From Syntrophomonas sp. UBA1376 (GTDB lineage: Bacteria > Bacillota > Syntrophomonadia > Syntrophomonadales > Syntrophomonadaceae): DNA of 64,000 nt. The translations under genes were made by a program, and so were the position numbers. Positions 40,929 through 50,406 of this stretch are shown one piece after another. Positions within the stretch are counted from its first letter, which is position 1; each line of letters starts with the position of its first letter. The stretch spans positions 1,352 through 65,351 of the forward strand of contig DBRE01000002.1 of assembly GCA_002305535.1 (NCBI GenBank), read 5' to 3'. The notes under the pieces were generated by a model. That model saw only the letters and a program-made list of their open reading frames with translations, was not told the DNA's origin and did no database searches.

Positions 40929-43064
40929 ATGATGTTTGGATTTACTCCACTTCAAGGCGGCTATGATGTTCCCATGCGTATTGTAGGAGCCAACATTCCT
41001 TATGAATGGCTGATATATCTTATCATGTGGATCCCCATAGGAATCTTACTGTACGGCATCTACAAACGCTATCAAGTTTGGACATTGGCCAAGGGAGAAA
41101 TTCATCGTAACGATCAGATCGGAACCCGCATTTTATCATGGTTTCTATATACATTTGCACAGGCTAGGGTTATACGTAAACCTTTGCCTGGAATAATGCA
41201 TGCCATGCTATTCTGGGGCTTTGTAGTACTTGCTTTAGCAGCTGGTGTAGATGCTTCCCACTATTGGCTGGGCTGGCCACACATAGAGGGTGCGTCTTAT
41301 ATCGGATTCTCTTGGTTTGTTGATGTTCTTGGGCTGCTTGCTTTAATTGGAATAATCGGCTTGGCCGTGGTTCGCTATATTCAGAAGCCGGATCGACTCA
41401 ATGACAATAAAGCCTCTGATGGCTGGATAATCCTGTTAGTATTTATAGTTCTGTTCTTTGGATTTGTCATTGAAGGACTTCGTATTGCTGCTCAAATCCA
41501 TATGTCTGCCACCATGTCGCAGATTGCCTATGAACAGGTAGCATCACCTATTGGTTGGCTGTTTGCTATGGCTATGGGTGGTTTGTCGCTGGAGGCAGCC
41601 TTAATGTGGCATCGCATACTGTGGTGGTTCCACATGGCCACAGCTTTCGTTTTGATTGCGTTGATTCCTTTCACCAAACTCTGGCATATTATTGCCGGCA
41701 TGTTAAACTACGTTTTCCGTGATCTAGGTTCTTCAGAAATTCGTATGGTTGAAAACATCGAAGAAGCTGAAACCTTTGGTGTAGAAAACATTGAAGAATT
41801 TGGATGGAAAGACTTACTCGATTTAGACACCTGTATTCGTTGTGGTCGCTGTCAGGAAAACTGCCCGGCCTATAATACAGGTAAAGCACTCAACCCCAAG
41901 ATTACAATTATCCAGCATATGAAGGAACATCTGGATGAAAAGGCACCATATTTGCTGGCCCAAAAGGGTCAACCATCCGAAGAAGCTGATGTGGTAGCCA
42001 TGACTGAAGAAGCTTCTGAAGAAGTTAGCCCCATGGAAAAAAGCTTGCTATATGATGTTGTAACCACCGATGTTATATGGGATTGTACTAACTGTCGAGC
42101 ATGTATGGAACATTGCCCCATGTTCATCGAACATATTCCCAAGATTGTAGAAATGCGCCGCAATCTGGTTATGTGGCAGGGTGACATGCCCGGTGAGGCA
42201 CAAGCAGCTTTCACCAACATGGAGCGTAACTATAATCCCTGGGGAGTTGGTTTTGCTAATCGCGCTGCCTGGTTGGATGAGCGCGGTGTTCGGGAAATGG
42301 TTAATCTTCTGTCAGAAGATGGCGGAGAATTCGAATATCTGCTCTATGCTGGCTGTGCCGTTTCCTTTGATGATCGCTATAAGAGGGTCGGTGAAGCGCT
42401 AGTCAAATTGTTGAATAAGGCCGGCGTGAGCTTTGGATATCTGGGTGTGGAAGAATACTGTTGCGGTGACTCTGCGAGACGCCTTGGCAATGAGTACCTC
42501 TTCCAAACCATGGCTCAGCAAAACATTGAGACCTTCGAAAACTATGGCGTGAAGAAAATCATCGTGGTATGTCCCCATGGATTTAACACCTTGAAAAACG
42601 AATATCCACAGATGAATGGAAACTATGAAGTTTACCACTATACAGAGATACTGGCTAAGCTAGTGTCTGAGGGCAAGCTGAAACCAGAAAAAGCTCTGAA
42701 TACGAAAGTCACCTACCATGACTCTTGTTTCCTGGGCAGACACAATAATATTTACGATCAGCCTCGTAGTGTTATCAAGGCGGCAGGCGGCAACATTATC
42801 GAAATCGATAAATCCAAGAACTTTGGATTCTGTTGTGGCGCCGGTGGCGGACGGATGTGGCTGGAAGAACATGCTGTTGAGGGCTACAAGCGTATCAATG
42901 ATACTCGTACCGATCAACTGCTGGCTCCCGCGCCCTCCATGATCGTAACCAACTGCCCGTTCTGTCTAACCATGATAGACGATGGTGTTAAAGGAGCCGA
43001 AGCTGAACAGCAGACTAAAGTATTTGATGTCGCCGAAGTTCTATGGCAGAGCATGGAACAGTAG
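40929..43064 (+). CDS. membrane-bound FeS oxidoreductase: N-terminal NarI/DsrM-like cytochrome-b domain fused to an HdrD/DsrK/GlpC-like domain (candidate ETF:menaquinone oxidoreductase)
   Basis: About 6 N-terminal TM helices with conserved His residues. Two ferredoxin motifs (CIRCGRCQENCP, CTNCRACMEHCP) and two CCG motifs (EEYCCGDS, FGFCCGAGGG). ATG lies 9 nt after AAGGAGGGAG. Confidence 0.85.
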   Translation: MMFGFTPLQGGYDVPMRIVGANIPYEWLIYLIMWIPIGILLYGIYKRYQVWTLAKGEIHRNDQIGTRILSWFLYTFAQARVIRKPLPGIMHAMLFWGFVVLALAAGVDASHYWLGWPHIEGASYIGFSWFVDVLGLLALIGIIGLAVVRYIQKPDRLNDNKASDGWIILLVFIVLFFGFVIEGLRIAAQIHMSATMSQIAYEQVASPIGWLFAMAMGGLSLEAALMWHRILWWFHMATAFVLIALIPFTKLWHIIAGMLNYVFRDLGSSEIRMVENIEEAETFGVENIEEFGWKDLLDLDTCIRCGRCQENCPAYNTGKALNPKITIIQHMKEHLDEKAPYLLAQKGQPSEEADVVAMTEEASEEVSPMEKSLLYDVVTTDVIWDCTNCRACMEHCPMFIEHIPKIVEMRRNLVMWQGDMPGEAQAAFTNMERNYNPWGVGFANRAAWLDERGVREMVNLLSEDGGEFEYLLYAGCAVSFDDRYKRVGEALVKLLNKAGVSFGYLGVEEYCCGDSARRLGNEYLFQTMAQQNIETFENYGVKKIIVVCPHGFNTLKNEYPQMNGNYEVYHYTEILAKLVSEGKLKPEKALNTKVTYHDSCFLGRHNNIYDQPRSVIKAAGGNIIEIDKSKNFGFCCGAGGGRMWLEEHAVEGYKRINDTRTDQLLAPAPSMIVTNCPFCLTMIDDGVKGAEAEQQTKVFDVAEVLWQSMEQ

Positions 43065-43094
43065 GAAACGCAATCGATTCTTAATAGAGAAAAA

Positions 43095-43127
43095 AGATCC
43101 CCAGACCCCGGGGGTCTTTTTTCTTTT
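43095..43127 (+). terminator. terminator after the FeS oxidoreductase gene
   Basis: GC-rich hairpin AGACC-CCGGG-GGTCT followed by TTTTTTCTTTT. Confidence 0.55.
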
Positions 43128-43183
43128 AAAAGTGTGTAGATAGTTAGAAATAGGTCTTGAATAATAAGCGAAAATAGGATAAA

Positions 43184-43218
43184 TTGCTATTGATAATAAT
43201 TATCATTATCAATAGCAA
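43184..43218. promoter_or_regulatory. extended Fur operator upstream of the feo operon
   Basis: 14-bp perfect inverted arms TTGCTATTGATAAT...ATTATCAATAGCAA enclose a perfect 7-1-7 Fur box, TGATAAT-A-ATTATCA. Confidence 0.7.
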
Positions 43219-43254
43219 ACAAAGGTTAGGTATGCCAATAAGGAGGAGAAGTTT

Positions 43255-43449
43255 ATGGAGACATTATTCATTGCGGCTTTGTTTATTTTAGCCCTAGTAA
43301 TTATAGTGAGTCGAGTAAGGAAGCTTTTTGATCCGGACTGTGGGGAATGTAGTGGTGGCTGTGGTTGCTGCTCAGCAAACAGCATGTCTGAAAATCACAT
43401 TATTATAAATGAAGGTATAGGGGAGGTTAAATGTGATGAAAAGCCTTAA
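43255..43449 (+). CDS. FeoB-associated Cys-rich small membrane protein
   Basis: One N-terminal TM helix followed by DCGECSGGCGCCS. AGGAGGAG lies upstream. It sits immediately 5' of feoA-feoB. Confidence 0.65.
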   Translation: METLFIAALFILALVIIVSRVRKLFDPDCGECSGGCGCCSANSMSENHIIINEGIGEVKCDEKP

Positions 43450-43690
43450 GGATTTAGCGCCTGGGGAAAAAGCAATTGTGAGCAAACTGGTGGGTGCTGG
43501 TTCCATCAGGCGCCGTATTATCGACATGGGAATAGTACCTGGAGCAGAAATTGAAATGGAACGCTATGCTCCCCTAGGTGATCCGATTGAAATCAAATTA
43601 AAAGGCTATCATTTATCACTACGAAAAGAAGAGGCGGATAATATCCTCTTGCATCAGGAAGATGAAGGAGGAAATGATTATGCCAAATAG
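43436..43690 (+). CDS. feoA: ferrous iron transport protein A
   Basis: FeoA SH3-like pattern (RRIIDMGIVPGAEIEM...). GGGGAGG lies upstream. Confidence 0.85.
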   Translation: MKSLKDLAPGEKAIVSKLVGAGSIRRRIIDMGIVPGAEIEMERYAPLGDPIEIKLKGYHLSLRKEEADNILLHQEDEGGNDYAK

Positions 43691-45806
43691 ACGGATAAGC
43701 ATCGCTCTAGCGGGAAACCCCAATTCGGGGAAGACTACCGTTTTCAATAATTTGACTGGTTCGAGACAACATGTAGGCAATTATACTGGAGTTACCGTCG
43801 AAAAAAAGGAAGGTATGGTCAAGTACCGTGGTTATGAAATAAAGGTTATTGATCTGCCGGGAACTTATAGCTTGACAGCTTATTCACCGGACGAAGTGGT
43901 GGCTCGTAATGTAATCATTGAGGAAAAACCGGATGTAGTGGTCAATATTGTCGACGCGTCCAACTTAGAACGCAACCTCTACCTGACCACTCAATTACTT
44001 GAATTGGATGTCCCGATAGTCTTGGCTCTTAATATGTACGATACAGCTGAAAAAGCCGGAATCAAAATTGATAGTGAACTGCTTTCACAACTGCTAGGGG
44101 TTCCGATTGTACGTACCATTGGAACTAAAAACCTGGGCACAACAGAGCTGCTTGATGCAGTCATTGAGATCGTTGTTGGACGAGCTAATAAGAATAGTAA
44201 AAACATCAAATATAATGAGGAAGTAGAAGCTGAGCTGCAGGTAATCCAAAACCTTCTATCGGTGAATGCCGGGGGAGCTGCTGAAATAGCAGCCGGTGTT
44301 AAGGGTTCTAGCGGTACGATACTGTATCCAGCCCGGTGGTTGGCCGTAAAAATGCTGGAAAACGATAAGGATGTTTTGCACAAAGTAGGCTTGCTGGATA
44401 ATGGCAAGAAGCTACTGGAAGCGGTTCACAAGAGTCAAGACAATATTCGAAGGTCTTTGCATGAGGATCCGGAATTAGTAATAGTCGACGGACGCTATGG
44501 TTTTATCAGGGGGGCTTGCCGGGAGGCTGTTACTGTGAGTACCAGTAATCGCATGTCCACTACCGAAGCCATCGATAAAGTATTACTTAACAGGGCCTTG
44601 GGATTACCTATTTTTTTCGGGGTTATGTGGCTCCTGTTTCAATTGACTTTTACTTTAGGTGCTCCTTTTATGGAGTGGATTGAAGCTGGTTTTGCCTGGC
44701 TGGGAGTGTTACTTTCCAATAATATGGCGGATGGTCTTCTGCAGGCGCTCATTGTTGACGGGATCATTGGAGGTGTTGGCGGAGTAATTGTCTTTCTGCC
44801 CAATATTCTCCTGCTGTTTTTAGGGATTGCTTTTCTTGAAGCCACCGGTTATATGGCTAGGGCTGCCTTCGTTATGGATAAATTGATGCATCGGGTTGGT
44901 TTACATGGGAAATCCTTTGTACCTATGCTGACCGGTTTTGGCTGTACTATACCGGCTATAATGGCTACCAGAACTCTGGAAAACCCCAAAGATCGACTAG
45001 TTACTATACTGGTCACTCCTCTGATGAGCTGCGGTGCTCGCCTGCCAGTTTATACTCTATTGATCGCGGCTTTTTTTCCAGCGGAAGTTGCAGGTAATGT
45101 CTTGTTTTCCATCTATATTATAGGGATTGCCTTGGCTTTGTTGATGGCTAAGGTTTTCCGAACCTGGCTATTACCAGGAGAATCAGAGCCATTTGTCATG
45201 GAGTTGCCGATATACCGACTTCCTACTCTTAAAAACGTGCTCATTCATATGTGGGAGAAAGCATGGCTGTATCTTAAGAAAGCAGGTACCATCATACTGG
45301 CGGCGGCCATACTGATGTGGGGACTATTTACATTCCCGCTAGTGGATGCTGATGGTCACGAATTTACCAGTGCGGCTCAACAGATGGAAGAGAGCTATGC
45401 GGGCAGACTCGGCAAGGCGATTGAACCGGTGATTGCACCATTGGGATTTGATTGGAAAACAGGCATTGCTCTGATTGCCGGATTTGCTGCCAAAGAGATA
45501 GTAGTAAGCACCCTGGGAACCTTGTACAGCATTCAAGATGAAGAGGCTTTATCTGCCGAAGAAAAGGGAGCAGTAAAAGATTTTGCCCAGAGAGCCAGAG
45601 AGCAATCCGGTTTCACCCCCTTTACTGCCTATGTCCTGATGCTATTTACCTTAATATACGTGCCATGTATGGCTACTATTGCTGTGATCAAACGAGAAAC
45701 AAATGGATGGAAATGGCCCCTATTTACCATTGGATATACAACTGCCTTAGCCTGGATAGTATGTGCGGCGGTTTATCAGAGCGGCCGACTACTGGGTCTC
45801 GCGTAA
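43680..45806 (+). CDS. feoB: ferrous iron transporter FeoB (G-protein plus permease)
   Basis: GNPNSGKTT G1 motif, DLPGTYSL, and a long polytopic C-terminus. The start is set 8 nt after GAAGGAGG. Confidence 0.95.
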   Translation: MPNRRISIALAGNPNSGKTTVFNNLTGSRQHVGNYTGVTVEKKEGMVKYRGYEIKVIDLPGTYSLTAYSPDEVVARNVIIEEKPDVVVNIVDASNLERNLYLTTQLLELDVPIVLALNMYDTAEKAGIKIDSELLSQLLGVPIVRTIGTKNLGTTELLDAVIEIVVGRANKNSKNIKYNEEVEAELQVIQNLLSVNAGGAAEIAAGVKGSSGTILYPARWLAVKMLENDKDVLHKVGLLDNGKKLLEAVHKSQDNIRRSLHEDPELVIVDGRYGFIRGACREAVTVSTSNRMSTTEAIDKVLLNRALGLPIFFGVMWLLFQLTFTLGAPFMEWIEAGFAWLGVLLSNNMADGLLQALIVDGIIGGVGGVIVFLPNILLLFLGIAFLEATGYMARAAFVMDKLMHRVGLHGKSFVPMLTGFGCTIPAIMATRTLENPKDRLVTILVTPLMSCGARLPVYTLLIAAFFPAEVAGNVLFSIYIIGIALALLMAKVFRTWLLPGESEPFVMELPIYRLPTLKNVLIHMWEKAWLYLKKAGTIILAAAILMWGLFTFPLVDADGHEFTSAAQQMEESYAGRLGKAIEPVIAPLGFDWKTGIALIAGFAAKEIVVSTLGTLYSIQDEEALSAEEKGAVKDFAQRAREQSGFTPFTAYVLMLFTLIYVPCMATIAVIKRETNGWKWPLFTIGYTTALAWIVCAAVYQSGRLLGLA

Positions 45807-45997
45807 TAAAACCCACCCACTTCTATCCACATATGTTGCAGAATTATTTGAATAACGGTACAATTGATAGAGAAAAAGACGCAGTATTCGATATATTTCA
45901 ACAAACTAATGGTTTTCCGGGGCTGTCCCACCTAGACGTGGTAATAGTTGGAATACGTGATAGTGAAAATATATACGGTATTAAGGAGGAATAGTTG

Positions 45998-47182
45998 ATG
46001 AGTAGGGAAGTAGTATTGGTCGGAGCATGCCGCACACCTGTAGGAACTTACGGAGGACAACTCAAGGACACCAAGGCAGTCGATCTGGGTGCCATTGTTA
46101 TGCAGGAAGCTTTGAAGCGGGCGGGGATTACTGCTGATCAGGTCGATGAGGTAATATTTGGCTGTGTTTTACAGGCTGCCCAGGGGCAAAATGTGACCCG
46201 TCAGTCTGCCATTAAGGCTGGTATACCGGAAACCGTACCTGCTTTTACCATTAACAAAGTGTGTGGTTCCGGTTTGCGTTCAGTTAGTTTGGCGGCGCAG
46301 ATAATTAAAGCTGGTGATGCTGATATTATCATGGCTGGTGGCATGGAAAACATGTCGGCAGCACCTTATGCTTTGGAGAAGGCTCGCTATGGTTATCGCA
46401 TGAATAATGGGACCCTGGTGGATGTGATGATCAAAGATGGCTTATGGGAAGCGTTTAATGATTATCATATGGGCATCACAGCGGAGAACGTAGCTGAACA
46501 GTATGGTATCACTCGTGAAGAGCAGGATCAATTTGGCCTGCGTAGCCAGGACTTAGCGGCGAAAGCTATTGCTGCCGGGAAGTTTAAGGATGAGATAGTA
46601 CCGGTGGTTATTCGCGGCAAGAAAGGTGATATCGTATTTGATGCTGATGAACACCCTCGTGCCACAACTGCCGAGAAATTGGCTCAACTCAAACCGGCTT
46701 TTAAAAAGGACGGCACCGTTACAGCTGGCAACGCTTCCGGCATTAATGATGGAGCGGGTGCTGTCATTGTTATGAGCAAGGAGAAAGCTGATGAGTTGGG
46801 AATAAAGCCTATGGCAAAAGTGATCAGCTATGCTTCCGGCGGAGTAGATCCAAAGATCATGGGCGTAGGGCCGGTACCAGCTACTCGCCGAGCTTTAGAA
46901 AAAGCAGGTATGACAGTTGATGATATTGACTTGATCGAAGCCAATGAAGCTTTTGCAGCTCAGTCTATTGCCGTGGCCCGTGATTTGGGATGGGAAAATA
47001 CTATGGAAAAGGTCAATGTCAACGGCGGCGCTATTGCCCTGGGACATCCCATTGGTGCTTCGGGAACGCGTATTCTGATATCACTGCTTTATGAGATGCA
47101 GAAAAAAGACAGTAAAACCGGCCTGGCCACACTGTGTATCGGCGGGGGACAAGGAACTGCCCTTATTGTAGGCAGAGATTAG
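45998..47182 (+). CDS. acetyl-CoA C-acetyltransferase (thiolase II)
   Basis: [10 protein letters not shown] active-site Cys, [15 protein letters not shown] and CIGGGQG motifs. Confidence 0.95.
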   Translation: MSREVVLVGACRTPVGTYGGQLKDTKAVDLGAIVMQEALKRAGITADQVDEVIFGCVLQAAQGQNVTRQSAIKAGIPETVPAFTINKVCGSGLRSVSLAAQIIKAGDADIIMAGGMENMSAAPYALEKARYGYRMNNGTLVDVMIKDGLWEAFNDYHMGITAENVAEQYGITREEQDQFGLRSQDLAAKAIAAGKFKDEIVPVVIRGKKGDIVFDADEHPRATTAEKLAQLKPAFKKDGTVTAGNASGINDGAGAVIVMSKEKADELGIKPMAKVISYASGGVDPKIMGVGPVPATRRALEKAGMTVDDIDLIEANEAFAAQSIAVARDLGWENTMEKVNVNGGAIALGHPIGASGTRILISLLYEMQKKDSKTGLATLCIGGGQGTALIVGRD

Positions 47183-47218
47183 GATTGATTTGAACAGCAT
47201 TTCGAATAGGATGTTAGA

Positions 47219-47254
47219 TTTAAACACAGGGGTATACCCCTGTGTTTAAATTTT
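47219..47254 (+). terminator. strong terminator after the thiolase gene
   Basis: 14-bp stem TTTAAACACAGGGG-TATA-CCCCTGTGTTTAAA followed by TTTT. Confidence 0.8.
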
Positions 47255-47354
47255 GGGCAAAATGAGGAATAAAGCAGGGAATTATAATATTGGAAGCGAA
47301 ACTTAATCGGAGCAGTCGGTGGGCGGTATCCACACAAGGAAAGGAGGACGGTGA

Positions 47355-47843
47355 GTGAGTATAGCAGTATATCCGGGTAGTTTCGACCCGGTGACCAATG
47401 GTCATATAGATATAGTGGAAAAAAGCAGTCGGCTTTTTGATAAAGTGATTATTGCTGTGGTACATAATGTTACCAAGAAGGCTTTGTTTACTCTGGATGA
47501 GCGGGTAGCCTTGATTAAAGAGAGTACTGGGCATTTGGATAATGTGGAAGTGGATTGTTTTAGTGGACTGTTAGCAAATTATTTGTACGAAAAGAATGCT
47601 GGCGCCATAATCCGTGGATTAAGATCCATAAGTGATTTTGAGTATGAAATGCATATGGCTATGATGAACAAGCGCCTTATTCCTGAGGTAGATACTATCT
47701 TTATCATTGCCGATACGGAGTATGTTTTTGTCAGTTCCAGCGGTGTAAAGGAAGCTGCCTTGTTGGGGGGAGATGTTACCTCAATGGTTCCTCCTCAAGT
47801 GAAAGCAGGCTTGGAACAAAAATATCGCCAAATACGAGGATAA
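47355..47843 (+). CDS. coaD: phosphopantetheine adenylyltransferase
   Basis: AVYPGSFDPVTNGHIDIV over a length of 162 aa. GTG start 7 nt after AAGGAGGA. Confidence 0.95.
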   Translation: MSIAVYPGSFDPVTNGHIDIVEKSSRLFDKVIIAVVHNVTKKALFTLDERVALIKESTGHLDNVEVDCFSGLLANYLYEKNAGAIIRGLRSISDFEYEMHMAMMNKRLIPEVDTIFIIADTEYVFVSSSGVKEAALLGGDVTSMVPPQVKAGLEQKYRQIRG

Positions 47844-47887
47844 ATAAAGGACTGCACCTAATGGCAGTCCTTCAGACCTTCAAAAAA

Positions 47888-48102
47888 GGCTAATAGCAAT
47901 AGCAACCTAAATAGTATCGCTTGCGATACATAAGTAATGCCCTTGGGTGCTAGGTTAACTCGGGCAGCCCGTTCAATCGACGTACCTTAAGGTACGCCTC
48001 CGACGGTGCCAGTTTGGCGCCTGGTATCGGCAAATAGAAGCCCGAAGGGCTGACTGCCGATGAATCACGGGCTTCCCGGTTGCCTTGCTCTTATCCTTTT
48101 TT
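47888..48102 (+). ncRNA. candidate structured non-coding RNA (rod/cruciform fold, possibly 6S-like); class unassigned
   Basis: No ORF on either strand. A closing helix pairs 47888-47907 with 48078-96. A long arm pairs 47948-72 with 48003-26 and is capped by the palindromic hairpin CGTACC-TTAA-GGTACG. Local hairpins lie at 47914-29 and 48026-61. Several pairs are G-U only on the + strand. A T6 run follows. Confidence 0.4.
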
Positions 48103-48125
48103 GCTCGCTCTGGCAGGGTGTCCAA

Positions 48126-48656
48126 TCATTCCTCAATTAGCTTCAATCCGGTGAGACACCGCCCTGCTAAGTCCTGATAGAGCTTAGTGGCCAGCTGATT
48201 ATAGACTATATTGTAATCACCGACATCTTTGACTACCCGAGCTGGGTTACCCATAGCAATCTTACGGGACGGAATACTCTTACCGGGGGGCAATATACTT
48301 CCGGCGGCCAACAGACTTTCTTGTTCTATCTCGGTATTGGCTGATACTATAGCTCCCATACCGATAGTAACATTATTTTTGATAAGGCAGGGGCCGTGTA
48401 CTACTGCTGCATGTCCAATCAATACGTTTTCTTCCAAAATAGCTATAGTATCTGGTTCCGAATGAAGGGTACAGTTTTCCTGGATATTGCTTCCATTGCC
48501 GATCACGATTTTGCCGTAATCGCCTCGCACCACGGCTCCAGCACCCACATAACAACGTTCACCAATCTCAACCTCACCGATTATGACTGCCTGAGGGTGT
48601 ATAAATGATAGCTTGCCTATTATCGGACGTTTTCCTTCGAATTCATAAATAGCCAA
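48126..48656 (-). CDS. gamma-carbonic-anhydrase-like / PaaY-type hexapeptide-repeat protein
   Basis: 176 aa left-handed beta-helix repeats (IGERCYVGAGAVVRGD, IGHAAVVHG). Confidence 0.85.
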   Translation of the reverse strand: MAIYEFEGKRPIIGKLSFIHPQAVIIGEVEIGERCYVGAGAVVRGDYGKIVIGNGSNIQENCTLHSEPDTIAILEENVLIGHAAVVHGPCLIKNNVTIGMGAIVSANTEIEQESLLAAGSILPPGKSIPSRKIAMGNPARVVKDVGDYNIVYNQLATKLYQDLAGRCLTGLKLIEE

Positions 48657-48805
48657 TTTGATTCTCCTCCTTTAAAAGCACTGTGCACCTAACTCTTCCA
48701 GATGGGAAGGGTAAATCCTGCCTATTACGCAAGTTTGCTTTTGAAAATACTAAAGTTAAGGGTATAATTACTAGGAGATATCAGCTACAGAAAGGCACGG
48801 TCGTT

Positions 48806-49693
48806 ATGGTAAATAGGGATTACTTGATAAAAGCTGTTGCTCAGGATCAGCAGATCAGGCTTACATTATCTCACACTACCGCCTCGGTGCAAGAAGCGCA
48901 CCGGCGTCACGATACCTCAGCCACTGCTTCAGCGGCGATGGGGCGTGTTCTTACCGCTGCTTTTATGATGGGTAGCGATCTTAAAGGCGATAGAGATACT
49001 CTCACGATCAGGGTTGACGGAGGAGGCATAAGCGGGCCGATCGGAGCAACGGTTGACTCCCATGGCAACGGTCGGGCTTTAGTTTCCAATCCCCAAGCAG
49101 ATTTGCCTTCTAAATCCCCGGGGAAACTGGCGGTGGGTGATTTGGTCGGCCGAGATGGCTTTGTGGAAGTTATCAAAGATTTGGGATTGAAACAGCCCTT
49201 TATAGGCACGGTACCGCTGGTCAGTGGTGAAATAGGGGAAGATATAGCCAACTATTTTCTGATTTCAGAGCAAATTCCTTCTCTGGTGTCGTTGGGGGTT
49301 TTGGTTGATACTGATTTATCCATAAGGTCAGCGGGCGGATTATTTGTTCAGGCTCTGCCTGGAGCTGATGACACGGTTCTGGAGAAACTGGAGCAGCAAG
49401 TCTTAGAGCAGGGGCCGATAAGCTATTTGTTAGATAAATCATCTTCACTGGAAGATGTTATGAAACAGATCATGCAGGACATACCCTATAAAGTGGTAGG
49501 GGAACAGCTGTTGCAGTTTAAATGCAACTGCGGTCATGATCGTCTGGCCCGCATCATGGCCAGTCTATCATCGGAAGAATTAGAGGAGATCGAAGCTGAT
49601 GTGGGTAAGTTAGAAGTGTGCTGCAATTTCTGCCGGGAAGTATATCTTTTTTCTTGGGCTGAGATTGAGGCTATACAAAAGCAAAAGCCTTAG
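48806..49693 (+). CDS. hslO: redox-regulated chaperone Hsp33
   Basis: C-terminal zinc switch CNCG...CCNFC over a length of about 295 aa from the internal ATG. The ORF-track N-terminal extension has no support. Confidence 0.9.
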   Translation: MVNRDYLIKAVAQDQQIRLTLSHTTASVQEAHRRHDTSATASAAMGRVLTAAFMMGSDLKGDRDTLTIRVDGGGISGPIGATVDSHGNGRALVSNPQADLPSKSPGKLAVGDLVGRDGFVEVIKDLGLKQPFIGTVPLVSGEIGEDIANYFLISEQIPSLVSLGVLVDTDLSIRSAGGLFVQALPGADDTVLEKLEQQVLEQGPISYLLDKSSSLEDVMKQIMQDIPYKVVGEQLLQFKCNCGHDRLARIMASLSSEELEEIEADVGKLEVCCNFCREVYLFSWAEIEAIQKQKP

Positions 49694-49716
49694 AAATAAA
49701 CTAAGGCTTCTTTACT

Positions 49717-49905
49717 TTATATGGCTCTCTGAACTTTACCTGATCTCAGGCAGCGAGTACACACATAGGCCCGTCGGGGAGTTCCATTATCTATTATCCT
49801 AACTCTCTGAACATTTGGTTTCCATTCCCGGTTGGTTCTGATGTGGGAGTGGCTGTATTTTTTCCCAAACGTAACGCCTTTTCCGCAAACTTCGCATTTG
49901 GCCAC
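49717..49905 (-). CDS. rpmB: 50S ribosomal protein L28
   Basis: [36 protein letters not shown]..., canonical L28. Confidence 0.95.
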   Translation of the reverse strand: MAKCEVCGKGVTFGKKYSHSHIRTNREWKPNVQRVRIIDNGTPRRAYVCTRCLRSGKVQRAI

Positions 49906-50028
49906 AAATGATGCCCCCTCTCATTGACAATGCACTTACCTATTTTAGCAGAAGGTATTGGAAAGGGCAAGAAGAAGGAATAAACTCACGGTCAGAGAAT
50001 TAAATATGGAAGATAGGAGGGTACTATC

Positions 50029-50391
50029 ATGTTCAAAATCAAACAAACAGAATTAGGAGACATAACCGTTGAGCGCGAAGTTATTGAAACCATCGCTGGA
50101 TTAGCGACTATTGATTGCTATGGCCTGGTGGGTATGGTGGCTCAGGATATACAATCCGGGTTTTGGAGTATTCTTGGTGTAGACTCTATCAGAAAAGGAG
50201 TTTCAGTGCGTTCATCAGAACAAGGGTTGATTGTAGATGTTCATGTTATCGTGGGATACGGCATCAAGATCCGGGAAGTAGCCCACAATGTTATGCAAAA
50301 GGTTGCGTATGTATTGGAACATAACGCTGGAATAAAAATAGCCCAAGTAAATGTAAATGTTAAAGGAGTAAAAGTACTAGGCGGAAAATAG
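50029..50391 (+). CDS. Asp23/Gls24 family envelope stress protein
   Basis: 120 aa in the conserved position upstream of the yloV-like gene. Confidence 0.9.
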   Translation: MFKIKQTELGDITVEREVIETIAGLATIDCYGLVGMVAQDIQSGFWSILGVDSIRKGVSVRSSEQGLIVDVHVIVGYGIKIREVAHNVMQKVAYVLEHNAGIKIAQVNVNVKGVKVLGGK

Positions 50392-50406
50392 GGGAGGAAC
50401 AGGATC

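Noticed and set aside
45665-45994. A 109-aa ORF spanning the feoB 3' end and the feoB-thiolase spacer.
   Set aside because: Its first 47 codons overlap feoB in another frame. It has no RBS and no recognisable motif, and it ends exactly where the thiolase gene begins.
47220-47534. A 104-aa minus-strand ORF across the thiolase terminator and the coaD start.
   Set aside because: It runs antisense through a strong terminator hairpin and the conserved coaD N-terminus, and its product is unrecognisable.
47849-47870. The hairpin GGACTGC...GCAGTCC after coaD read as the coaD terminator, which would make the downstream element an independent transcript.
   Set aside because: Only two T residues follow the stem, so termination is doubtful. 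Whether the structured element is co-transcribed with coaD is left open.
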